The position numbers were made by a program, and so were the translations under genes. Of a stretch of DNA of 64,000 bases, positions 1-10,039 are shown one piece after another; positions within the stretch are counted from its first letter, which is position 1; the number at the start of each line of letters is the position of its first letter. The stretch comes from a virus, in IMG/VR virus record IMGVR_UViG_3300029258_003681. One strand, 5' to 3'. The notes beneath the pieces are model-generated. The model did no database searches. It was not told the DNA's origin and was given only the letters and a program-made list of their open reading frames with translations.

Positions 1-34
1 CCGACGAGTTTCTTGGGTATTCAGTTGATGGAGG

Positions 35-535
35 TTGATGATGCCGAGTTGTAGGCCGGATGTGATCCCTGCTGTGTTGTACAAGTTGATTGAGATGAGC
101 CCTAAAACCATTTTGGACGTTGGAGCTGGCCACGGCAAGTGGGGTGTTTTGTGTGGCGAGTACCTCAAGTACTGGAAGAATATAGAGCCGGTGATTGATG
201 GTGTTGAGGCATTCGAAAAGTACAAGTCTCCTGTTCACGGTGTCTATCGCCAGGTTTTTTACAGGGACGTGACAGAGATTATGCACATAGTTGGGAATTA
301 TGATCTTGTTCTTGCGATAGATGTTATCGAGCATTTGAGCAGAGACGATGGTTTAAAGTTGTTGGATGTTGCAAAGAGCTATCTTGTGTCGACTCCTGGG
401 TATTGGTCGCCCCAGGGTGCATGTTTCGGTAATGAACATGAGACACATATTTCAAAATGGTCAACGGACGATTTTGTTAATAGCCAGTTAATTGTTGACC
501 AAGTTGGACGCAACCATATTTTAGGGTGGAAATGA
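35..535 (+). CDS. Class I SAM-dependent methyltransferase
   Basis: Motif I ILDVGAGHGKWG and YDLVLAIDVIEHL. Confidence 0.8.
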   Translation: MMMPSCRPDVIPAVLYKLIEMSPKTILDVGAGHGKWGVLCGEYLKYWKNIEPVIDGVEAFEKYKSPVHGVYRQVFYRDVTEIMHIVGNYDLVLAIDVIEHLSRDDGLKLLDVAKSYLVSTPGYWSPQGACFGNEHETHISKWSTDDFVNSQLIVDQVGRNHILGWK

Positions 536-1431
536 TGAAACTGTTGATACTGGACAATTACGAAAGCTTCACGCTTGTTCCGCATCTCAAGAGTCGGCTT
601 GAGAGCGAGCATGAAGTTTTCAAAATGGGCAACCTGTTCACTGAGCAGATGTGGCAGATCTTCAAAAATGTAGGCCCAGATGTTGTCTTCGTTGATTTCT
701 GCAATGAAAATGCAGTCACGCTGACACAGAGAGTGAAGGAGCTACCACAAAAACCAAAAATTGTTATTCGGCTGCATGGCTACGAGGCTCAGAGCTGGTT
801 CATGGAAAAAATCCACTGGGATGAAGTCTCGGACCTTATTGTTGTTTCGCCAAAGTTCAAAGAAATCGTGGAGAGCAAGATAAGTGGGGTGAATGTTCAT
901 GTCGTGAACAACGGCATCGATCTAGAGAAATTCACACTGGGTACTGATTTCGATCTCAATCAGGTAGCGTATGCTGGATATTTGAACAAGAAAAAAGGGC
1001 CGACGCTTCTCAGAACGGTGATGGCATCGCTGCCCCTGAAAAAGTTCCATGTGGCTGGCACTCATCAGGATGAGCAGGTGCGGCTGTATTTCGAAGCGTT
1101 GAAGCTTGACAACGTGACGTTTCACGGATGGGTGGAGACGCAAGAGTTTCTCAAAGGGAAGCAGTTTATCCTGTCCACGAGTGTCACGGAAAGCTTTGGC
1201 ATGTCGATAGCGGAGGGGATGGCCATGGGCCTGACTCCTGTCGTGCATGGGTGGCCAGGGGCTGAGCTTTTGTGGCCCAAAGAGTGTATATGGAATACTT
1301 TTGAGGAGTTGAATGACATTTTGTGGACACCCAGAGAGCCCGCGTGGTGCAGGGAGTGGATTGAAAATCGTTATTCGATGGACAAGTGTATCGATCGAGT
1401 TGTAGAATTGTTGGGTCTTTCTGATGAATGA
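532..1431 (+). CDS. Glycosyltransferase, GT-B/GT4-like
   Basis: VVNNGIDLEKF, STSVTESFGMSIAEGMAMG (ExFG..xxE motif); start taken at ATG 532. Confidence 0.85.
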   Translation: MMKLLILDNYESFTLVPHLKSRLESEHEVFKMGNLFTEQMWQIFKNVGPDVVFVDFCNENAVTLTQRVKELPQKPKIVIRLHGYEAQSWFMEKIHWDEVSDLIVVSPKFKEIVESKISGVNVHVVNNGIDLEKFTLGTDFDLNQVAYAGYLNKKKGPTLLRTVMASLPLKKFHVAGTHQDEQVRLYFEALKLDNVTFHGWVETQEFLKGKQFILSTSVTESFGMSIAEGMAMGLTPVVHGWPGAELLWPKECIWNTFEELNDILWTPREPAWCREWIENRYSMDKCIDRVVELLGLSDE

Positions 1432-1906
1432 GGCACGAGAGGAGACCGATGCTATGACAAGATCAAAAGATAGTGATCCTTCGCTCAATCCTGTAATAGA
1501 GTTACTTCGGGTGGTTAAGAAGGATGTCGGAAAAACCAAGGAGACTGTAGACAACATGAATCGCGAGCTGGGGGGTGTGCAGGCTACATTGAACTCAATG
1601 GAGAAGAGGAACGTTGAGAGAGATAAGAAGATTGATAGTGTTCAGACGGAGCAGCTGAGTTGTCCTGCGAGGGCTGGATATGGTGCTGTGAATGCCAGGT
1701 TGAAAAAACATGATAAGGCCCTATTTGACAGTACTGGCACTGTCAATATCCCTGTTGTGCCTGCTGTTTCGGCGGCAGCGCAGTTTTCTGAAAGCGAGAT
1801 ATCCTTTAAAGATGCGCTTATAAGGATGCTGCCAATCATAGCGTTGTCATTTGCTTGCGGTGCTGGAATGTTGGCGATTTTGTGGTATCGGATGTTTGGG
1901 GAGTAG
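1424..1906 (+). CDS. Hypothetical protein, coiled coil with C-terminal transmembrane helix
   Basis: Heptad-like N-terminal half; hydrophobic LPIIALSFACGAGMLAILWY. Confidence 0.6.
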   Translation: MNEAREETDAMTRSKDSDPSLNPVIELLRVVKKDVGKTKETVDNMNRELGGVQATLNSMEKRNVERDKKIDSVQTEQLSCPARAGYGAVNARLKKHDKALFDSTGTVNIPVVPAVSAAAQFSESEISFKDALIRMLPIIALSFACGAGMLAILWYRMFGE

Positions 1907-1963
1907 ATGCTGAGTTGTTCTTGTCGTCTGTTGATGATAGAATTGGTGTAAGGAAAGAGAGCC

Positions 1964-2461
1964 ATGATATTTTTGCCAAATCCGCCCCAGGTCGTTTTGC
2001 AGGTATATGCCTTGAATCCCGATGGCTCTCGGAAGTTCAACATAACCTCGGGGACTGTGCGTGTGTTTCATATTGCGGCTGGATCTGAGGTGGATGATCT
2101 GGCTGTTGTTCCGTTGGCCCAGGTGGGGGTGACGAACAAATGGCGTTACGTTTGGATGACGCCAACGCTGTCTGCGGGGGAGTATTTTGCAGAGTATATT
2201 ATGCAGGACAGTGCGGGGGTGACTACGAAGTTTGCCGAGGATATCAATGTCAAAGATATTGCGAAGCAGTCGACGTTGCTCTTGGTGCAGTCTGATGCTG
2301 ATATTATTCGGAAGGTGGAGACGGGGCGGTGGAAGATTATAGGCAACCAGATGATCTTTTACGAGGACGATGACGTGACGCCATTCCTGACGTTTGATCT
2401 CAAGGATCTGGGTGGTCTTCCGTCAATGGACGACGTTTTTGAAAGGATTCCAGTTCCATGA
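1964..2461 (+). CDS. Hypothetical, probable virion protein
   Basis: RBS, beta-rich sequence, lies in structural operon. Confidence 0.55.
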   Translation: MIFLPNPPQVVLQVYALNPDGSRKFNITSGTVRVFHIAAGSEVDDLAVVPLAQVGVTNKWRYVWMTPTLSAGEYFAEYIMQDSAGVTTKFAEDINVKDIAKQSTLLLVQSDADIIRKVETGRWKIIGNQMIFYEDDDVTPFLTFDLKDLGGLPSMDDVFERIPVP

Positions 2462-2622
2462 ACAGGATTGTTACCAGAGGTTTTGGCCCGAGTCATCTCG
2501 TTGTGACGCGGGGATATGGGGCTGTGAGTGTTGGGCCTTTTTTTAAGAGGATATTGCGTCTTTGTTCGTGCATCGGACGCGAGATGAATTTGGTGTCTAA
2601 ATGGAAGACCAACTGTGCGTGA
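2458..2622 (+). CDS. Small hypothetical protein (54 aa, MNRIVTRGFG...)
   Basis: ATGA overlap with upstream stop; repeated VTRG motif; below ORF-track cutoff. Confidence 0.4.
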   Translation: MNRIVTRGFGPSHLVVTRGYGAVSVGPFFKRILRLCSCIGREMNLVSKWKTNCA

Positions 2623-2747
2623 CATCGGCTATTGCGACGGATCTGGCTTTGGTATCGGCCATTGATGCAGACGGCCAGATGGATATTGTGTCCCCTGTCT
2701 CAATGGTTTTGAGTGTCGTTTCAATGATTGAGTTAGAGGAAGTGTAA
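2601..2747 (+). CDS. Small acidic hypothetical protein (48 aa)
   Basis: Fills gap before 2749; translated by hand. Confidence 0.3.
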   Translation: MEDQLCVTSAIATDLALVSAIDADGQMDIVSPVSMVLSVVSMIELEEV

Positions 2748-2748
2748 A

Positions 2749-3054
2749 ATGGCGTGTGATACTTCGTGTGATGGCCCTGATAAGTATTATGTTGGGGATG
2801 TTGGAACGCAGCTTCTCGTCGATGTTTGTAGTGACATTACGACGGCCACGCTTGTTGCGTTGGATGTGACAAAACCAGATGGCACGGCTGTTCGATGGGT
2901 GGGGACGGTATCGGACACAACGAAGATTTTGTATGTTGTGGCGGTTGGTGACTTTGATCAAGCTGGGGAATACAGACTCCAGTCTTATATTGAAATGCCT
3001 GGGTGGATTGGACACGGGGGTACTGTAACCTTCAAAGTTACTGCTCTGGGGTGA
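2749..3054 (+). CDS. BppU-N-like small virion/baseplate protein
   Basis: YVGDVGT...VTKPDG...Y....GDFDQAGEY.LQ pattern. Confidence 0.6.
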   Translation: MACDTSCDGPDKYYVGDVGTQLLVDVCSDITTATLVALDVTKPDGTAVRWVGTVSDTTKILYVVAVGDFDQAGEYRLQSYIEMPGWIGHGGTVTFKVTALG

Positions 3055-3061
3055 GGGAATA

Positions 3062-3928
3062 GTGGCAAAGCGATACCGATATCGAAAGCCTAAAATGTCG
3101 ACCATGTCGTCTGTTCCCGCGATCTACGGGTTGCATTCGTATGTAGATATGATGAATACGCTGGTGCGAGATGTGCCGAAGCGGATTGACCGTGGGCGTA
3201 TGCTGTTTTTGCTTTCGATGTCTGACTTTGTTCGTCGTGCGGTTGAACGGCGCGCTCCTGATATTAGGCTGGGACAAAAAACGGTTTCATACGCCGAGCA
3301 TTTGCGGATTGGCATTGTTGATGGTGCCCCGTCAGACCACGATTCTGTGGTGATCTATTTTGATAACCAGACTTTGTTGCTGGACGCGGACAATATGGAT
3401 GGGAAGGCTCTCTACTTTCAGGCGACGCAGGAGTCTCCGAAGTGGGTGAACGTTTTGATGATCTACGGCCCGTGGCCCGCACACTTGGTCCCTGTGGCGT
3501 CGAGCAAGATAAAGGCGAGGGTGATATCCCGTAACGCGCGCGAGGACGAGCTGAAGGCGTTGTCGGACCGTATCTACGCTCACAGGGGTGAGATTGAAAG
3601 TGCTCTCAGGCGCGCGGGCGCGGGGGATGTTAGTATCGAGAAAACACCGAGTGCAGTGGGTGTTGTGGTTCACGAAGATGTGGGTTACAATATTCTTCGG
3701 ACGGAGTTTGGTTATGACGGTGAGAGTCAGGTTGCTCATTGGCGCCCTGCTCTTCGGGAAATCAAGGATGCGATGCCTGATCTGATGCGGCGATATTTGA
3801 TATATCTTCAAACTGGGCGTGAGAGTGCATTTGATTTGCCAAATAATGTGGCGAATGTTACAGCCACACAGTTGAACAAGAGTGATGCGTTTGCAAGAAC
3901 GCTCGCTCCATTTGCCCCAAGAGGGTAG
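3062..3928 (+). CDS. Hypothetical, putative neck/morphogenesis protein
   Basis: Long ORF upstream of tail terminator and sheath; function inferred from position only. Confidence 0.5.
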   Translation: MAKRYRYRKPKMSTMSSVPAIYGLHSYVDMMNTLVRDVPKRIDRGRMLFLLSMSDFVRRAVERRAPDIRLGQKTVSYAEHLRIGIVDGAPSDHDSVVIYFDNQTLLLDADNMDGKALYFQATQESPKWVNVLMIYGPWPAHLVPVASSKIKARVISRNAREDELKALSDRIYAHRGEIESALRRAGAGDVSIEKTPSAVGVVVHEDVGYNILRTEFGYDGESQVAHWRPALREIKDAMPDLMRRYLIYLQTGRESAFDLPNNVANVTATQLNKSDAFARTLAPFAPRG

Positions 3929-3939
3929 TTGAAGGTGGA

Positions 3940-4236
3940 ATGATGACAACAGGTGAAAAGTTGGGAACCTTGGATCAGACTCTGACAGGGGTCGAAAACG
4001 AGCTTCTGAGAAGGAAGGTCGCTAGGCAGGACGATACGATAGATGGCGCGCTCGACATCATTAACCAGGCAGCAGAGGCAGGGGCGATTGCCCTTGACAA
4101 TTGTGATGGCTGCGACGATGACGACGGCGATGGCGGAACTCAAGATGGTGGCGGCTCGGATGACGATGGCGGTTCGGACGATGGCGACGGCTCGGGCGGC
4201 GAAGACGATTCGGACGGCGGAGACGCAGAAGAGTAG
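3940..4236 (+). CDS. Small protein with Asp/Gly-rich acidic tail
   Basis: RBS GAAGGTGG; CDGC followed by a D/G low-complexity tract. Confidence 0.55.
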   Translation: MMTTGEKLGTLDQTLTGVENELLRRKVARQDDTIDGALDIINQAAEAGAIALDNCDGCDDDDGDGGTQDGGGSDDDGGSDDGDGSGGEDDSDGGDAEE

Positions 4237-4238
4237 GT

Positions 4239-4254
4239 ACGAACTTGAGTTCGC
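4239..4254. repeat. Dispersed palindrome copy (ACGAACTTGAGTTCGC)
   Basis: Variant of GCGAACTnnAGTTCGC, 2 nt after stop of 3940..4236. Confidence 0.7.
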
Positions 4255-4266
4255 AGTTGGTGGTGC

Positions 4267-4983
4267 ATGACAGTAATTGGCACGGTCAATCTGCGGGACT
4301 GGGACGAGGGTTGCATGAAGACCCTCGGTGCCGAGATAGAGCATTACATAGTCGATGGTGAATCGCGGGCGATCTATGCTTGCGATGTTCCTTACCTTGA
4401 TTCGGGATTTCCCGAGATAAACAACAAAGTTCCGTGTCAGTTCCAGGATCCCGAGGATGTGTACCAGGAATTCAAGCTGCCGTGTTTTCAGTTTCGTCAA
4501 AATGACTACACTCCAGCGTTCGATCGGCACCCCTGGTACACCTGGGTTGCGCGTGCACCATCGAAGGATGCTGAGAAGGTCACGTTGCCCGATGGGACGG
4601 TGGGCTATACCAAATATGACAATCAGTGGCGGGCCACTCAGTTTGACATGACCTATGATTGTATGGTGATGGGGCGCAGAAAGCAGGAGACGCTTTTGAT
4701 GTTGCACTACGCGCTTCGACACTTTATTGCGCCGTGGTTTATATTCAAAGTAGTTGACAGCAAGGGTGATGTGCGAGAATATGATGCAGGAGAGGTTTCA
4801 ATTTCCAACACCTCGGAGCTGGCCGATATTGCGGAGAGGACAGTGAGCTACACGATTTCATTTACAGTTCGAGGAGAAGTTGATCTTCATGACGATCGGG
4901 TATTCCCTGCGTTGATAGGCGATCCGCATGTCACTTACGCCAAGTTTAATCCTGCAAACCAAGGGGTCGAGGAAGGCTCCTGA
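4267..4983 (+). CDS. Tail completion/terminator-like protein
   Basis: Position before sheath; C-terminal SYTISFTVRGEV pattern typical of tail terminators. Confidence 0.55.
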   Translation: MTVIGTVNLRDWDEGCMKTLGAEIEHYIVDGESRAIYACDVPYLDSGFPEINNKVPCQFQDPEDVYQEFKLPCFQFRQNDYTPAFDRHPWYTWVARAPSKDAEKVTLPDGTVGYTKYDNQWRATQFDMTYDCMVMGRRKQETLLMLHYALRHFIAPWFIFKVVDSKGDVREYDAGEVSISNTSELADIAERTVSYTISFTVRGEVDLHDDRVFPALIGDPHVTYAKFNPANQGVEEGS

Positions 4984-5002
4984 TTCGAGGTGAGGAGGTA
5001 AT

Positions 5003-5536
5003 ATGCCGTGGTTTTACTATTCAGGTCCTACGCCTAAATCGATGCCTGTGAAGAAGGGGGTGTCGGTTGCGGTGCGCCCTCATTCCAGGGTTGAGATTTT
5101 CGAGCCTGGCGTTCGGGAGATACAGGCGCTCCAGAAGAAGGGGGTTCTCCGTCGGACGGGGCCACCTCCGCGTTCGGAGCGGCCAGTTCAGGGGGTTGTT
5201 ACAACGTCTGCTGATATCAAGGCCGTCACTCCGAAGTCGGATATGGCTAAGAAGATTGCAGAAAAGGGTGTGACGACCGACAAAGGGCAGGCCCCGAAAA
5301 AGCCTGCGGGTGCGCCCGAGATGACAGAAGGTGAGTTGACGGTTGCGGCCCAGGAAAAGGCTGAGAGAGACTCGCCGAAAAAAGATTCAGAATCGGATTC
5401 TGTTGTTGTGTCCGATTCTCCTCCTTCCGGTGTTGATGTTGTTGAAGCGTTGTCAAAAGCTGATGGAAGCCCCGATGAGAACCCAGGGGGCGGTGAAAAT
5501 TCCAAGAAAAAGAAGAAGAAAAAACGCCACAAATAG
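5003..5536 (+). CDS. Hypothetical protein, Lys-rich C-terminus
   Basis: Strong RBS GAGGAGG. Confidence 0.6.
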   Translation: MPWFYYSGPTPKSMPVKKGVSVAVRPHSRVEIFEPGVREIQALQKKGVLRRTGPPPRSERPVQGVVTTSADIKAVTPKSDMAKKIAEKGVTTDKGQAPKKPAGAPEMTEGELTVAAQEKAERDSPKKDSESDSVVVSDSPPSGVDVVEALSKADGSPDENPGGGENSKKKKKKKRHK

Positions 5537-5563
5537 GGTGGTTTGACAACACGGAGACGAGCA

Positions 5564-8500
5564 ATGTCAGAATACACACATCCTGGTATCTATATCAAGG
5601 AAGTTCCAGGTGGACCTGGTCCGATCAGTGGCGTCTCGACGTCGACTCTTGGCCTGATTGGGTTTACCACGAAGGGGCTCGTAGACGAGCCGATTCTTTG
5701 CACGAGCTATGCTGAGTTCGTGACGAATTTCGGAACCTTTACCGAGAAGGGTCTGACGCCGACGATGGCGTATGCCTTTTTCCAGAATGGTGGTCAGCAG
5801 CTGTATGTCGTGCGTGTCACTGCGAGCGACGCGGCCGATGGTCTTTGGGATTTCTTGTACTCGATCCCGAGTACGGCTCCTGATGACTTGGGCAATACAG
5901 TGGAGGCGAGCGGCATCTATTCGTTGCAGCTTTCCAATCCTCCCGCGAAGCCCACGACGGTCGAGATCACCTTCAATGCAGCAGTCACAGATAACGTCTT
6001 TACGGACGCTGCTGGCGATGGTGTGTTGACGGCGACTGGTGGCGGTGGGTCGGGTGGGACTGGTTTTGTCGATTACACGACGGGTGAGGTTTCGATTACT
6101 CTGGCGGTTCCAGGCGATTACGCTGGTGGTGCGAACGACATCGAAGCGGTGTACGACTACACCATCTTCCGCTTCCAGATGAAGTGGCCTGGTCTTGCGG
6201 GTAATTATTATCGCGTGTCGATCGTTCCTGGGTCCAGCGATTATCTCACTGACGCCACGGCTTCGTATAGCCGGTTTACGGTATTGGTTGAGGAAGATAC
6301 TGACGCGGGTGTGACAGGGACTCCTTCTTGGAGCACTGTTGAGCAGTTCACGGATCTGGACTTCTCTGACACAAACAGCAAGAACTACATTGCCACAGTG
6401 ATCAATGCCGATATAGGCGGATCGGACTACATCGAGGTTGTCGAGTACGGCAACGAGATGGATCCCGAGGCCCTGGCGGGTGTTTCAGTTTCGGCTGAGG
6501 ACTTTTCGGCAACGATGGTGCACTCGGATGCCTCGTCAGTAGTGACGCCTGATTACTACAACGGCAAATGGAAGGGTTGGGACTACGAGCTGACGAATGG
6601 CTGTTTCCCGACGACCTTTGATGCGAGCTTCACGTTTGCGGAGGGTGGGCCTTTGATGGCGACCATTGTGGGCGCTCTGGCTACGGCTGTTGTAGTTGGC
6701 CCAGATGCCTTCGACACGACCTTGCTGCCGCTGGCGATGGATCCTGCTGTTCCTTCGGTTCTCATTTCTTGCGAGCTGACGGGTGTTGGCAAGACGAACA
6801 TCATCGACACTGGCGTGGCTGGTCCTGGCAATCTGGTCGAGACTTCAACAGGTGTTGTAGTGGGTTCGATCGATTACACGACAGGTGCAATCACTGACCC
6901 GACGGGCGTGACGGCGAATACTTTGGATGTGAGCGGTGCTGGCCTTGCAGACACCTTCGCGGCGGCTTCGACGATTCACTGGGTCAATGGGACTCAGATT
7001 GGAACGGGCGGTGGTGCGGCGACGGCGGCAATCACTTCTCCTGGGACGGCAACGACACCTGCGGCGATTACGCCTGGTAGTGTTCGTATCTCGGCGCGCA
7101 CGGGCGACGTGGCAACCAACACTGGTGTGACGATATCGTTTGCTTTCGCAGCGGGTACTGTGACGCTGGCTGATTCGACCAATCCATTCGGAAGTACGGC
7201 TGTAGGCGACATTGTGACGGTGCAAGGTGCGACGACTCCTGGTAACGACGGCACATTCGTCGTGACGAGTGTTGCGGCAGCCCCTGCTTCCATCGATTTC
7301 GTGAATGCTGCTGGTGCAGCCGAAGCTGGTGTGGCCGCTACCCAGTGGGATACGCTTGGTAAATTCTTCGACATCGAGGATACGGGTGTTGCGGGTGCTG
7401 GCAACCTCGTCGAAGCTGGGACGGCGAACGCCGTTGGTACGATCGACTATACCACGGGCCAGATCAGTGATGCTGCTGGGACCACGGATGATACTCTGGA
7501 CCTGACGGCTTCCTCGACTACTTTCGCGAGTGGCTTCCCGATCTATTTCGAAGCAGCGTATGCTGTTCCGGTGGCGATCGAGGATGATGGCGACGGTAAT
7601 CTGTCGGTTGCGAGTACGCAGGCGACGGGGTATCCGCAGAAGTTTGGCCTTGATGCCAATGGCACCAATGAGGTCACTTACACCACGGGCGCTTTTACAT
7701 TGACGTGGGCGTTGACGGGATTCCCGTCGGCCGGTCCTGCTGGAGCATCCGCACAGGTGGCTTCCTACTACACCTATCCCTCGACGAGCATTGAGGGGCA
7801 GATGACGGGCGGCCTGGACGGTGCGGCCATTGCCTCCAGTGATGTGGTTGGGGCGTCTCTCGCGGCCGACCAGAGGGGTCTGTGGGCGTTTGGCAAGGTT
7901 GATGCGCTCATGCAGCTGGTCGCTTCTGACTTCCAGACCGACACGGTGGTTGCTGATGCACTGATTACATATGCCGAGCTGGTCAAGGATAAGTTCGTGA
8001 TCCTGACTGTTCCGTCGGGACTTACTCCGCAGGAAGCGGTCAACTGGAAGAAGTTCCAGTTGCAGAAATTCACTTCCTACGCGGCGCTGTACTACCCACA
8101 CATCAAGATCATCGATCCTGTAACTGAGGTGGCGACGGACGTTCCATGTGGTGGTCACGTAGCGGGCGTGTACGCGCGTACCGATATTTCGAAGAATGTC
8201 GGCAAGGCGCCTGCGGGCACGAACGATGGACGGTTGAACTGGTCCATTGGTCTTGAGCTGGATCTCACGCCGACTCAGGTGGGCGTTGCTTATCCAGAGA
8301 AGATCAACTGCCTCGTGCAGTGGCCACACACTGGACGATGTGTGTGGGGTGCAAGGACCCTGGATATTGCGGGCGGTGAGTGGCCGTTCATCCAGATGCG
8401 GCGGCTGTTCATGTTCGTCGAGAAGTCGGTCTTCAATGCGACACACAGCCATGTCTTCAAGAATAATGGGCCGCCATTGTGGTCCGCAATTCGGACACAG

Positions 8501-8704
8501 CTTACGAGTTTCTTGCTTGGGTTGTACCAGGCGGGATATTTCGCTGGAACTAGCCCCGAGGAGGCGTTCTACGTTACGTGTGATCGCACCAACAACCCAC
8601 AGAATACTGTGGATCAGGGGCTGGTGTTCTGCGACGTGGGACTTGCGCCGAACAAACCAGCTGAGTTTATCGTGTTCAGATTTCAACAGAAAGCGTTGTC
8701 ATAA
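5564..8704 (+). CDS. Contractile tail sheath protein with large inserted domains
   Basis: N-terminal HPGIYIKE...ISGVSTST.G.IG; C-terminal VWGARTL, IQMRRL, CDRTNN, VGLAPNKPAEFIVFRFQQ. Confidence 0.95.
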   Translation: MSEYTHPGIYIKEVPGGPGPISGVSTSTLGLIGFTTKGLVDEPILCTSYAEFVTNFGTFTEKGLTPTMAYAFFQNGGQQLYVVRVTASDAADGLWDFLYSIPSTAPDDLGNTVEASGIYSLQLSNPPAKPTTVEITFNAAVTDNVFTDAAGDGVLTATGGGGSGGTGFVDYTTGEVSITLAVPGDYAGGANDIEAVYDYTIFRFQMKWPGLAGNYYRVSIVPGSSDYLTDATASYSRFTVLVEEDTDAGVTGTPSWSTVEQFTDLDFSDTNSKNYIATVINADIGGSDYIEVVEYGNEMDPEALAGVSVSAEDFSATMVHSDASSVVTPDYYNGKWKGWDYELTNGCFPTTFDASFTFAEGGPLMATIVGALATAVVVGPDAFDTTLLPLAMDPAVPSVLISCELTGVGKTNIIDTGVAGPGNLVETSTGVVVGSIDYTTGAITDPTGVTANTLDVSGAGLADTFAAASTIHWVNGTQIGTGGGAATAAITSPGTATTPAAITPGSVRISARTGDVATNTGVTISFAFAAGTVTLADSTNPFGSTAVGDIVTVQGATTPGNDGTFVVTSVAAAPASIDFVNAAGAAEAGVAATQWDTLGKFFDIEDTGVAGAGNLVEAGTANAVGTIDYTTGQISDAAGTTDDTLDLTASSTTFASGFPIYFEAAYAVPVAIEDDGDGNLSVASTQATGYPQKFGLDANGTNEVTYTTGAFTLTWALTGFPSAGPAGASAQVASYYTYPSTSIEGQMTGGLDGAAIASSDVVGASLAADQRGLWAFGKVDALMQLVASDFQTDTVVADALITYAELVKDKFVILTVPSGLTPQEAVNWKKFQLQKFTSYAALYYPHIKIIDPVTEVATDVPCGGHVAGVYARTDISKNVGKAPAGTNDGRLNWSIGLELDLTPTQVGVAYPEKINCLVQWPHTGRCVWGARTLDIAGGEWPFIQMRRLFMFVEKSVFNATHSHVFKNNGPPLWSAIRTQLTSFLLGLYQAGYFAGTSPEEAFYVTCDRTNNPQNTVDQGLVFCDVGLAPNKPAEFIVFRFQQKALS

Positions 8705-8721
8705 CGCATAGATAGGGGAGT

Positions 8722-9498
8722 TTGATGACTACAGGGGTCAATCCGAATATTTCTATTCAGGAGATCTACTCTGGCAATAAATTTCTGGGATTGCCCCCAG
8801 ATGGCACTCCTTCAGAGGAGACGTTGTACCGTGGTCGTATCCAGAAGTGGATCGGCGGATCGGCGGCTGGTGAATGGGCCGCGCCTGAGCTGGAGGGGAT
8901 GCGAGTAGAACAGGTCTGGTGGTATTTTGATTGCTCAACAGCTCCCGATGTGTCAATTTATCTTGTTGATGATGACGATGTTGAATATCTGATTCACACG
9001 GAGACTGGCTCTACGAGTGGTTCGTATGTGCAGACGAATCATGGCTTCCTGGTCCCACCCTCATTTAAGGTGAGAGTAAAAACTGACCAAAATGTCGATG
9101 CTGAGGTATCGGTGGCAGCAGAAGATACGGGAGTGACTGGAGATGGTATAACGGCCACTTACAATCTTCAATTGGTAAACGGTCGTGTGGATCCTGGCTC
9201 TGTTTCGATTACTGCGGGCAGTGTTGTTTTCACGGATCCAGCGTCGGATGGCATTCTTGTTGGGGCAGGCGGTGGCGGGGGGTCTGGAACGATTGATTAC
9301 CTCACTGGTGCAGTTGTAATTACTCTCAATACTCCTGGGAGTTTCAGCGCGGTGAATGCTCTGGCGACGTATGACTACGATCTTATTGGCCGGGTCGGTC
9401 TCGTTATTGGCAATGGGTGGGGTCAGACGGTACCGAGTCAGACTGGAATAATTGGCGAAGAAAATCTGCCGCCGACCATGGAGCGGTCGCCGGTTTAA
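8722..9498 (+). CDS. Sheath-associated protein sharing the G.IDY.TG domain
   Basis: VFTDPASDGILVGAGGGGGSGTIDYLTGAVVITL nearly matches sheath VFTDAAGDGVLTATGGGGSGGTGFVDYTTGEVSITL. Confidence 0.7.
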   Translation: MMTTGVNPNISIQEIYSGNKFLGLPPDGTPSEETLYRGRIQKWIGGSAAGEWAAPELEGMRVEQVWWYFDCSTAPDVSIYLVDDDDVEYLIHTETGSTSGSYVQTNHGFLVPPSFKVRVKTDQNVDAEVSVAAEDTGVTGDGITATYNLQLVNGRVDPGSVSITAGSVVFTDPASDGILVGAGGGGGSGTIDYLTGAVVITLNTPGSFSAVNALATYDYDLIGRVGLVIGNGWGQTVPSQTGIIGEENLPPTMERSPV

Positions 9499-9508
9499 GG
9501 AGAAGAAA

Positions 9509-10039
9509 ATGTCACGAGCAGCAGTCGATGATCTGATGCAGGGATTTCGGTTCCATGTAACAGCTACCAAATCCGATGGGGCAACTCCCCTGGTATTTAA
9601 TCGTCCAGGTGAGTTTGATGGAGCTGGGGAGGCTGGGTTTCAGAGTGTGTCGATCCCTGAGCTAACTGTCGAAGCTGTTGAGTACCGCGAGGGTACTTTT
9701 CAGTGGACGCAGAAGTATCCAGGGCCACCCACCGTCTCTGACGGCACTCTGATGCGCGGTGTAGCGAAATCGGACACCACGTTTTATGATTGGGTCCGCG
9801 ACTCGGTCGACGGGGACGAGTACCGTTGCGATGTCACGATCTATCATTATCAGCGGACTGAAATGGCATCGGCCACGCAGGCCGAGGCGGGAGACGATTT
9901 CCGTCGCATTGAATGCAAGAACTGTGTTCCTACGCGTGCCAAGCCTGCTGGTGATTTTGATTCGATGTCGGGGGAGGTTTCCCTGGCTGAGGTCGATTTC
10001 TCCCTGGAGTCATTTGACGTATTCCCGAAGCCTGCGTAG
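9509..10039 (+). CDS. Tail tube protein (T4 gp19-like) 1
   Basis: AGFQSVSIPELTVEAVEYREG...KYPG, TLMRGV, FYDWV, EV...L..E. Confidence 0.9.
   Translation: MSRAAVDDLMQGFRFHVTATKSDGATPLVFNRPGEFDGAGEAGFQSVSIPELTVEAVEYREGTFQWTQKYPGPPTVSDGTLMRGVAKSDTTFYDWVRDSVDGDEYRCDVTIYHYQRTEMASATQAEAGDDFRRIECKNCVPTRAKPAGDFDSMSGEVSLAEVDFSLESFDVFPKPA

Noticed and set aside
2531-2550. Frameshift at the T7 run joining the small ORFs 2458 and 2601
   Set aside because: A -1 shift gives an immediate TAA, and ORF 2601 is preceded in frame by TAA.
6845-8686. 613-aa minus-strand ORF and similar long antisense ORFs (3808..4722, 10577..11824, 29096..30289)
   Set aside because: Antisense shadows of codon-biased + strand genes; no RBS or domain motifs.
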